Shown: positions 1 through 9,692 of the stretch, one piece after another | How positions within the stretch are numbered: position 1 is the stretch's first letter | How the letters are laid out: every line of letters begins with the position of its first letter | DNA from: Vitrella brassicaformis CCMP3155 | Taxonomy: Eukaryota > Protista > Chromerida | Length of the DNA: 16,319 nt | Assembly: GCA_001179505.1 (NCBI GenBank) | Contig: CDMY01000833.1 | Span: 1-16,319 of the forward strand | Direction of reading: 5' to 3' | Made by a program: the position numbers and the translations under genes | Notes under the pieces: generated by a model | The model's input: only the letters and a program-made list of their open reading frames with translations | Databases searched by the model: none | Told to the model about the DNA's origin: nothing

Positions 1-1
1 C

Positions 2-1549
2 ACACCGCCCGCTGAGCCATTCGGCCAGCAGCCGAGGAAGCCGCGGGGCAGTCCAATGATCAAGAGGGCCTCCAACAGGGAGCGAGAGCCGACATCAGCA
101 TCAGCAGCAACGGTTAAGGTCGAGAGGGTGGCGGAAAGTAGCAAGACCCTGCCCGGCCCCCCGGGGTCCCGTGGGAGGCGAGCGCAGTCCTCTTCACCTC
201 AAGCACGGCCGCTGGAGCCTCGGCCGCTAGCTGTCGTCATACCCTCACCAGCAGCAAAGCACGCAGGTGAGATACTTGATGCTTTGCTGGATCGTTTTTG
301 TATCTATCTGCTCTACGTGCCGTGCGTATGTCTGTCTGGCTGCCTGTTTGCAGCTGCCCCTTCGCCCATCCCGCTGCCCCCGCGTCAGGTATCCCCTCTC
401 CCCGGCGACCTGAGGGCCTCGCGGGATATCGATGTCACTGAGATGCGGCCCATCAGCCTGCCCACAGCACCTCCGCATTCCAGCGGTGGGGGTGCATCGT
501 CCAGCCTGTCGCAGCCGGCGCCATCTTTTCCCTCCTCCCAGCGGCTGCCGTCTCACGAGAACTCCGACAGGGAGTCGTCGCCGAGCTCGTCTTGGGGGTC
601 ATCCGTGGTTCACTTCTTTCGCGTAGCCGTGTGTGGGCAGTGCTTCGCAGATGAGATACCCGCGGTACGTACGGGATCGGGTCGAAACACTCGCGCAAGA
701 AAAAACAAACGAGCATCTAGTGATCGATCGTCTTTTCTGATTGGATTGCAGGGTGGTGATTATGTGGAGCACTCGTCCGTGCCCTTGCCCGGCATGGACA
801 TGGAGGTCAGCGGTGCCCGCAAAGGTGTCGTGGGCGCGAATCCGACGTGGGTGCCTACAAGGACCGCGACCAGGCCGAGAAGCTGTTCGATCGGATGAAG
901 CGGAGGGGCATCCGGCGACACCCTCTGCTGATGGGCTCCTGGTGGGAGGTGGAGAGATGTCTCCACCGGCGGCACACCGCTTGAGCCACGATGACGTCTC
1001 CTGTAGAAGAGGGCAGCTACTATGCCTTCGGTGCGTGTGGGGCCGACCAGCGGCTGACGTTCCACGAGCGGACTCCATTCCCCGTGGACTACTTCACTTC
1101 GTGGGGCAAGGTGAACATTGTCGGCCACAACACGATGCTCAAGGGGTACGCCGGCATGTGCCAGACAGAGGCCGCAGAGCGACTGCTCGAGGCCATGCAA
1201 GCCTGTGAGGTCGGCAAGGAATTCTGTGTCCATCTCCCCGTTCACGGGCGGTTCTGATCGACCCCTGCCGTCACCGTGTGAACGGGGAGATGCGCCGGCC
1301 GGCCGCGGGAGCAACACCACCCGTTTGTTTTTCTCACTCTTTTCGGTCGCTGGATCGCGATGGGATGCGTGTGTGTGTGTGTGTGTGGTGGGTTGGGTTG
1401 GTTTATGGGGCTGTGTTGTTTTGTGTGTCGGTCTGGCTGTGGCGTTCTGTAGTGTGTCTGTCGTGTCCCGTCTTCCTTTATGCTCGTTGCGTTGCGCCCA
1501 GCGGCCACCGAGCAGTGTGTGGCGGTCACTGAGTGGGGGCGGGACCTGA
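2..1549 (+). CDS. 5'-truncated multi-exon gene encoding a low-complexity Ser/Pro-rich region followed by pentatricopeptide-repeat (PPR)-like motifs; exon structure uncertain
   Basis: The frame of ORF 56..898 is open from base 2, so the gene starts upstream of the window. Clear GT-AG introns at 267-353 and 665-751. Tentative introns at 806-861, at 942-1016 or 949-1011, and at 1210-1501 (donor GAG|GTCGGC, a donor hexamer also used in VPS50 and Rab7 here). PPR-like segments: DRDQAEKLFDRMKRRGI (862-912) and NIVGHNTMLKGYAGMCQTEAAERLLEAMQACE (1114-1209), possibly continued by RPPSSVWRSLSGGGT* (1502-1549). The PPR call is by resemblance to the helix-turn-helix consensus (inference). Confidence 0.45.
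1231..1292. repeat. 15-bp perfect inverted repeat (hairpin)
   Basis: catctccccgttcac (1231-1245) and gtgaacggggagatg (1278-1292) are exact reverse complements with a 32-nt spacer. Confidence 0.9.
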
Positions 1550-2036
1550 CATCCCGACCTCCACTCATGTGAATGGAGGTGGGGATGGGTGCGTGTACGG
1601 CTCTTCTGGTGCATGGACACGCACCAGAAGAGCAGTCACTGGCTGACGTGATGGAGAGGGGGGTAGAGAGAGATCCAGATAGACACAGAGAGATACAGAA
1701 AGAGGGACAGGGAAGACAGTAAAGACGGCCTGACTGCCACGCCACGCCACGCCATGCCATGCAGGCGTGCGCAGCACCACCCGCTCTCTCACTCATCCAT
1801 CCATCCACCAACCAACCACGCCACACACACACACACATACAGAGAGACAGACGCACACCCCAAGACAGCAGCGGTGGTCAATCCACTGCCTCCCCTTCTA
1901 ATTAGGCTGGATGGCTGACGTGGGATGGGATGGCGGGTGTTGGCTGCGTGCGTGCGTCGCGTGCGGTTGTACTGTAGAAGTGGTTGGTGATGGCGCTTAC
2001 ACTTACAGGGAAAGAAGGGGGGAGAGATAACCGACC

Positions 2037-2299
2037 GACTGACTGACTGACTGTCTGCCTGATTGCCTGACTGACTATGTCATGTTGATATGCAGTGCCG
2101 TGCTTTGTGAGTGACGCTGGTCAGGCCTGCCTGGATACACACAGACGTCTGCTGGGGCCGTGTGCAGTGCCGTGTGATCGATACGCACAATGGATGGTGT
2201 TTGTATGCCTGGATGCCTGGATGCCTGGATGGATGGATGGATGTCGATTCTGCTCCCTCTTGCTGTGTGTACAGACAGACAGACAGACAGACGGACGGA
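2037..2299. repeat. Tetranucleotide microsatellite cluster: (GACT)n, (GGAT)n, (GACA)n
   Basis: gactgactgactgact near 2037-2052, ggatggatggatggat near 2227-2242 and gacagacagacagacagac near 2272-2291. Confidence 0.85.
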
Positions 2300-2798
2300 C
2301 AGAAAGGGGGAGGGAGGGGAGTTTTGGATTGTGCAGCATGGTGACACCCTCTCCCCACGAGAGACCTCAGGTCGCTGAACCGAACGAATGGATAACACCA
2401 GTGTGCTCACCCATCGGTTGCAACGAAATACACACCAACGAACGACACATAGGCAACGTAACTGACACGACGACCGCATCACCTCACCCACCCTCAAACA
2501 CGTACCGTTTGCAGATCACACCCACACACGTGTGGACACATCACACCACACACGTGTGTGTCCCTCTTGTCTCACTCACTCCTGGCTTTGTCTTTTGTGT
2601 GCCCCCGTTGCCTTGTGTGCGTCTGAGAAGGTATGGTAGGCCCTCGGTTTGGCGGCGGCATTGCCTTCTGCCTCCTCACAGACTGTCTGGGTGTAAGGTG
2701 CCTGGGAACCGTGACAGACTGGGGAAGGGGGGCCCGAGTTACATACAGTGGGTGCAGCAAGGGTAACCAGGCGTGTTGATAGGTGTCTCTCTCAGACT

Positions 2799-5700
2799 TC
2801 ATGACATCGATGCGTCTTGCGGCATATCTGCGTGTGCGTGAGTGTGGGTGTGCGAGGTGCCTGTCTTGCTGCGTGCATATGGACCGGACCAATGAGCGGA
2901 CAGAAGCAACCATAAACCTTTGCCTTCGATGCGTGTCCACTCAGACAACAAACACAAGGGTGAGCACGTCTCATCCGTCCACCCTCCCTCTCTCCCTCCC
3001 TCCCTCCCTCCCTCCCACGCATCGCATCACATCACACTCTCAGCCATGCTCCGGCGGCCTCCCAACATCCCCCCTCCGCCCATCAGGCACACTCACACCG
3101 TCACGCTGCACACCAGCACTAGCTGCTGCTGGTGGGGGAGGGGGCGGTGGTGGTGGTGGCGGCCTCACGCCCGCAGGCCCGTTCGCCAGAGGCCTGGCAT
3201 ACGCAGCAGGGGGCGAAGCCGCGTGATGCCGTGGCATGGTCGGCATGGGTGGAGGGGATGAGTGGGATGCGCCGGGGTCGCCCGACGACGACCGGAGTGG
3301 CGGGGTGCGTGATCTGGGGGGCCTGGGCGGGGCGTGGGTGTCGTTGGTGGACCCGGAACGGTTGAGGTTGGCTTGTGTGACGATGGTGTGCAGCACGGCG
3401 GCGTAGTACATCTCGATGTCTGCAATGCACGACTTCTGGGCCTGCGAGAGAGAGATACAGACAAGGCAGCAAGCTGTACCCGTCTGTTTGTGTGAATGTG
3501 TGCATGTGGCGTCTCTTCTGTCTGTGTCTCTTGATGGAGAGCGATGGCCGACCTTTCGCTGGTTCTCGACTTTGCTGATGAGTGCCACGTGCAGGCGGAC
3601 ACTGTACTCCTGATGCCGCTTGCAAAACGTCAGCAGCTCGTCACCCTGATGGAAACACACACACGCACGCACGCACACACACACACACACATGCACAACC
3701 AAATGCATGGTGTCACAGAACAGGCCTTCCCCACCTGCAGCTCATGTGCCTTGATATATGTGTCAAGGAAGTCCTTGGCCGGCATCGCCACGCGCCCATC
3801 GACCGGTGACGTCGATCCGAATCCGCCCATGCCCACGCCTACCCCGCCCCCACCACTACTGGTGTGTGTGGCCTGCCTGTGTACGTTGGTGAGGTGCTTC
3901 TCGAGATCTGCCTGGATGGCCATGAAGTCCTCCACCAGCTGAAAGAGGGCGGGGCCGGGCATCACCTCGCCGCCGAACCGGCGGATGCGCGCCACCACAT
4001 CGACACACCCCTGGGAGGAGTGGGTGGGAGACATGTACGTACATTTATGTGTGTGGTCTGGCGAGGGTTGTTGTGGTGGTCAATGGAGTTGCTCACCTTG
4101 ACGACGGTCTGTGCGATGTGCCACCATATCTTCGTCTGCACGCTCTTGGGCACACATCCGCCACCTGCGGGCCGGACAAGGGCAAGCCAACATATGTGTG
4201 GCTCAGTGTTCCTCGGTGTTGTGTTGTGTTGTGATGATGTCTGATGCGCTGCTGGTCTGACCGGCGACTTCGATGCGTCCCTCGAGGTCGTGCAGCTGGA
4301 TCTTGAGCTGGTCGATGGTCGACTTGGCCGGCGAGCCACGGGGGAAGTCCTACACACACATACAGAGCAGAAGAGAGAGATGTCAGCCACATGTGGCTGG
4401 GTGGTGGATGGGTCGGTGTGTCCTGTGGTCACCCGGTTGCTTACCTTTTGGTCCCACTTGGCGCTGCTCATGCCTGCGATGAAGGTCTCCAGCTGCAGCA
4501 GGTCGCTCGCCGCCCTGGTGTACACAAACCCACGCAGCTCATTCAGCACCTGAATGACCAACACGCCACACCAACCACACGGAGGGGAACAACACAAGAG
4601 TCTCCCGCACAGTGGATGGATCATCTCACATCATTTTGTCTCACCCGTGTCCGCTCCTGGAACGCCCTTGTGAAGGCCTCCTGTGTCTGTCGGTGGACCT
4701 CTGACAGGTACACTGGCCCGCCACCTCCCCCACCAGCACCACCTCCAGCAGCAGCGGCGGCCGCAGCCCTCATGCTGCTCGCATGTGCCACGTGGCTCAT
4801 GTCGGCGCCGACGAAGTACAGCCCCACATTTGAGAGCGGGGGTTTGTGGCGGATGTCGAAAAGGGCCGAGAGGAATGTGGCGGCGGACTCGACGCCAACG
4901 ACACGCTCGGCGAGGCCGTAGAGGGTGGTGTGGGAGGTGAGGGTCTCGTTGGTCAGCGGCGGCAGCAGCTCGGCCAGCGCTGACGGATGATGCACACAAA
5001 CATACAGATGGGAGGAATGATAGAGCCGTTCTCCTCTTTAAATCACCTCCCGTGGCTGCGTGTGAGGGGTTACGGGCGACAAACGCCCTGCAGACACACA
5101 CACAACACACAACACACAAAACACACAACACACACAACACACACAACACACACACACAGGACAAGAGCTTATTCGGCGACACACGAATGCGTGACGTGTT
5201 CACCTGACGCCCAGGAGGTGGTCTTTGAGTCGTCCGAACTGCCTCTGCAGCAGGAGTATGTCGTGCTTGTCGTGCAGCCGCGGCCCGCCCACGCAGTCCT
5301 CTGGCGGCATGGGCGACTCGAGCAGCTGCTCGAACTCGCGACCATGCACACACAGGGCCAACACGTTGTAGAAGAAGATATCCATCACCTGCGCACATCC
5401 AGCAGCACCTGACGTGACGCACAGCTCCCTCCCTCCCTCCCTCCCTCCCTCCCTCGGCCCCTTACGAGTGTGATGTTGTGGCAGATTTCAGGTGCCAGCG
5501 ATGGGAAGCAGATCATGATGGCCAGGTACTTCTCCACAGACTGCCCCAGGAACTGACTCGACGTCGACAGCACAGGGCCCAGGTTGGACCGCTCCAGCGG
5601 CAGCTCCGACCAATCCTGCCAGGGCGTCTCGTGCCCGCCGTCGATCCAGTGGCGGTAGAGGTCGAGGTCTCTGTCGGTGTCTGGCGCTGCTGATGGGTGG

Positions 5701-8700
5701 TGCCTGCTCACATCGGAATCGGTCTCGCTGCCCGCGAACCGACCACCTGCACAGATGGATGCGACAGACAGAGACGGTGGATGTGTGTGTGTGTGTGTGT
5801 GTCCGTGTGGTCGTTGCTGTCTGTCTACCGAATCTGTTGTCGGGCATTTTGTCGGGGTTCCAGTTGCGGAAAGGGTTTGAGTCGGCCAGACGCACATTGG
5901 GCGCCGGCCGGACTCTCGACCTGCCCGTGGTGGCTGGCGACCCTGCGGCCGTCGGTGAGCCATCGGGCGATGCGGCAGGCAGCTGGGTGGCTACACAGGC
6001 AAGGAAGGAAATGATACAAAAGGACGAGCTCCAAGGGAAGGGATCCTGTGTAGCTTGATTCACCCACCCACCGTAAGGGTCAAATAGCGGCGTGGACAGC
6101 GCCCAGCCCCTGAGCCCCTGGGGCAGCATCTGGTGGACCCTCTTGAGGTCGATGAGGCGGAAGTTCCGGGGGATGGGCAGCCGCTGCCAGGTGTCGTTCT
6201 GGATCATGATCTTGAGGTTCCTGCTCTCCTCGCCAGCCAGTGAGGCGAAGTACTCCATGCCCTTGGCCAGCATGCATTGACGCAGGTTGTGGGTCCAGGG
6301 GAGGGGCGGGGGGGAGGGCGAGGGAGAGGGGGAGGGAGAGCCGTCCCTCGTGTGGTGGATGGGGCTTGGTGCGGGTGAGGGGTGGTGTGATCGGGACCTG
6401 GGGGCCTGGAGGGGGCAGTCGGCCATGAAGGCGTCGGCCTCCTCGATGAACAGGTGCGCCAGCAGCAGCACCTGCAGCCATACACGCATCGCATACGGCA
6501 ATGGCGGGTGGTGATGGGAGAGAGGTGTGTTGGTGTTGGTGTTGGTGTCACCTGGAAGAAGGAGTCTTCTTTGAAGTTGATTGCGTTGGTGTTGACGTTC
6601 TGCATGGCCGTCATCACATTCTGCTGGATGCGCTCCCACACGCCTTAATCCATTGGCACACACACACACACAGAGAGAGAGAACTCACATGCCATGCCCC
6701 GTTCCTCTCCTCTCCCCTATGCCATCCATCTTTTCTTCTCACACGCACCTTTCTTGCCGGCGAGGAGTTCCTTGTGCACCTTGGCCACGAACTCGGCATA
6801 GACGTCCTCTTCGGGCTGGTACGGCAGGGGGAAGTTCAGGATGTCCTCAAAGCTGTTGGCCAGGTCGTCCTCTCCCCCACACGACGACCCCCGGCGCCCC
6901 TCCATCACAGCCAACACCGACCTAACCGTCGGCACCACCCCTTCGCTCTCCCTCCTCCCATCACCACCACCACTAGTACTAATGGTGCTCTTGCCCTCCT
7001 GCTGCCGACTCACGTGCCACATGGCAATGTACTGCAGCCGATAGAGTATGTCACACAGGTACTCCAGCATGTGTGCCAGGCAGGTGACGAGCCGGTCTGA
7101 TGGGATGCGGCTGCAGAGGTCCCGCAGGTGGGTGTGGCGACTGAGAGACGAGGGGGCGTGTGTGTGCGAGGGGGAGGGCGGGCGGAGGGGAGGCTCGTCT
7201 GCGGCTGTGGGTGTGATGAAGGACAGGACGCACTGGCGCATGACCTGGGTGGCGCAGTCGGCGAGGTGGCGGCACAGCTCCGCCCCGACAGACTCGGACT
7301 GAGGCAGCATGCAAAAAGCCTTCAAGACCTCCTCATACCTTCACACACACAGAGACAGGGAAAGACGGCATGGGCAAGTCGGGCGGGGGGGGGGGGGGGN
7401 NNNNNNNNNNNNNNNNNNNNNNNNNNNNNNNNNNNNNNNNNNNNNNNNNNNNNNNNNNNNNNNNNNNNNNNNNNNNNNNNNNNNNNNNNNNNNNNNNNNN
7501 NNNNNNNNNNNNNNNNNNNNNNNNNNNNNNNNNNNNNNNNNNNNNNNNNNNNNNNNNNNNNNNNNNNNNNNNNNNNNNNNNNNNNNNNNNNNNNNNNNNN
7601 NNNNNNNNNNNNNNNNNNNNNNNNNNNNNNNNNNNNNNNNNNNNNNNNNNNNNNNNNNNNNNNNNNNNNNNNNNNNNNNNNNNNNNNNNNNNNNNNNNNG
7701 GGGTGGATGGCATTGTTTAGTGTGTGGCTTACAGGTCGACATCGATTTTCTCGATGGACGAGGTCATTGCAATCGCCCGCAGACACTCATTCAGACGCTG
7801 CACACATAACACACACAGCACGGGCAATGAAGGCATACACGCGGCTGGTTTGCGCTGCTTACGATCCTCAGTGAGTTGACGTGTCCCTGCAGCCGCTGAT
7901 TCAGCCCCTTGAGCCCGGGGAACCGGGAGTACTGCGGGTCAGAACGGAGCGGAATCTGACACCAGGCACCGACACATCCATCCATCCATCCAGAGACAGA
8001 GAAATATGACTGACGGGAAGCTGAGCCCCGCCGTCCCCCGTCTGTTCTGTGTGCGGCTTGGCTTCCGCACCCACCTCACCTGGACTTGCATGAAGACGGC
8101 GATGGCCTTGCAGAATTGGCCGTTGAAGAGGAACTGCTGTCCGAGCATTTCGAGCGAGGTGAGCTTCTGGAACTCCTTGAGGATGTCGAGCAGCCCCTGG
8201 ATGCGCTGCCGCCTGTGCTGCTGGTTGACGATCGTCAGCGCCTCCTTGACCACATCGTCGTCCAACACCTGACATATACACAGACAGACAGACAGACACA
8301 CAGACAGACAGACAGACAGACGGGGGGGGTGGCAAACAAAGGATTCGTTCAGCTTTGCGTGTGCACCACACACACAGAGGGCGTGATCGGTTTTGCGAGT
8401 GACTGACCTTGAGTTTCCTCCTGCCGTTCTTGACGATGCTGCTGACGAGTGCCAGCTCGGTTTCGATCTCGTGCACCTGCTGGACGCCCCTGACGAACTC
8501 CTCGTAGTGGCTGAAGACCTGCTGAGCCAGCCGCGCATCGACCTCCTCCTGCAGACAGAAACACAGCCAAAACAACACAACAACAAGCACGGCAGTGCAG
8601 ATCAGATCACGCCAATCCATCCATCTCATCTCCCGCACTCCACTCAGCAGCTGCCATGCCAGCCGACCTGCACTCTTGTCAGATGCTCCACCCTGTTCTG

Positions 8701-8877
8701 CATGATCTGCAGGTTCCATGGCTTGGGCGCCGCCTCGATCTCCGCCTCGATGATGCCCTTGGCCTGATCCGCCTCGAAGAACACGGCGGGCAGCTCAGCC
8801 ATGAGGGCCTTCTCCGGCTTGCGGGATGGAGAGGGCGATGACGAGAGGGCTGGCGGACGAGGCGGGAAGCGGTCCAT
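2799..8877 (-). CDS. VPS50: VPS50 / syndetin (CCDC132), EARP complex subunit; about 19 exons, ~1280 aa; last exon uncertain
   Basis: Phase-consistent exons (-): 8877-8668, 8548-8408, 8268-8080, 7955-7863, 7797-7733, 7338-6749, 6643-6552, 6471-5829, 5746-5466, 5388-5204, 5087-5047, 4979-4645, 4549-4445, 4349-4262, 4164-4097, 4010-3735, 3645-3553, 3441-3114(?), 2827-2799(?). ATG is in GCCATGG context. Motifs in VPS50 order: VHEIETELALVSSIVKNGRRKLK (Vps54_N-type helix), EYFASLAGEESRNLKIMIQNDTWQRLPIPRNF, SVEKYLAIM, TLYGLAERVVGVES, AKWDQK, DFLDTYIKA, FCKRHQEYS (Syndetin_C). Confidence 0.9.
5094..5158. repeat. Compound (CA)n/(CAACA)n microsatellite in a VPS50 intron
   Basis: Direct reading of acacacacacaacacacaacacacaaaacacacaacacac... 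Confidence 0.9.
7400..7699. other. Assembly gap (300 N) inside a VPS50 intron, flanked by G runs
   Basis: N at 7400-7699, with a G run at 7385-7399 and gggg at 7700-7703. The flanking exons join in phase (..GAC CT|G TAT GAG.., reading IDVDLYEEVLKAF). Confidence 0.97.
8279..8321. repeat. (CAGA)n microsatellite in a VPS50 intron
   Basis: cagacagacagacagacacacagacagacagacagacagac. Confidence 0.9.
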
Positions 8878-9692
8878 GGCTCAGGGAGATGCAGGATGAG
8901 TCAAATCTCCTCACTCTTTCCACTCATCCAGCTCCGAGCTCGCACCCAGATCTCCGTCCAGGCGCTGTAGCTCTTCTCTCCCTCAGTGGATATCGATGGA
9001 TTCATCACATCAAGGGGTCTGCATATCATGTAGCACAGTCTTTAAACCGAGAGGCAGGAAGGAGTCAGTCAGTCAGTCAGAGTTCACGCAACAGACACAC
9101 ACGGATCTCCATGGAATGCATGCAGTCAAAACATGCACACAAGGAAGGGAGGAAACACATCTACCGCACACAGGTGCCCGCCTGCCTGCAGCGCAACGTG
9201 CATGCCCCGTCATCACTGCCGTCCCGCGATCCTCGCTCAACCAAGCACCGGGGAACAGCAGACACACCGAGGCACGCACCATGCGCTGCAAGCAAGAACA
9301 CTCAGAAGAAACGGCTCTGATCCAAAAACTGATCACACGACACCCACCACCCACCACATGCATGGCGCCACCGCGCCCAAGACGGCCGGGTGGCGAGAAA
9401 GGAAAGACGTACGCGCCTGAGGCTGGCCTGCCTGCCTGAGGCTGGCTGGCTGCCTATCTCGCTCTCTTCCCATCGCACCACACCCTCGCCACGCCACGCG
9501 GTCATATGCTTTATGTACAGATGGGCATAAATCAGACCTCAACACAACCGACGGACACACACATACACCAGGCAAGCAAGCGACATCGAAGGTGGGAGGG
9601 AGAGAGGGAAGCCTGCACCGATCCATGAGCCGCTGCCCCATCGCTGGCTGGCTGGCTGGCTGGTTGGCAGAGTGCCACCCGGCTGGTTCAGC

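Noticed and set aside
757-1292. Selenocysteine read-through (three in-frame TGAs plus a downstream hairpin)
   Set aside because: The hairpin lacks a clear SECIS AUGA/GA quartet and AA loop, and splicing explains the stops more simply.
760-1620. Long minus-strand ORF (286 aa) and many similar ORFs rich in THTH/CVCV/TDRQ
   Set aside because: These are translations of microsatellite introns or antisense to real exons, with no domain signal.
1550-2790. Possible extra gene in the region between the PPR-like gene and VPS50 (ORFs 2095..2766, 2075..2497, 2572..2940)
   Set aside because: Dominated by GGAT/GACA/GACT/CA repeats. I found no phase-consistent exon chain or recognisable motif.
9117-9124. 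TGCATGCA, a known ApiAP2 binding motif, 240 bp upstream of VPS50
   Set aside because: A single 8-mer in 16 kb is within chance expectation.
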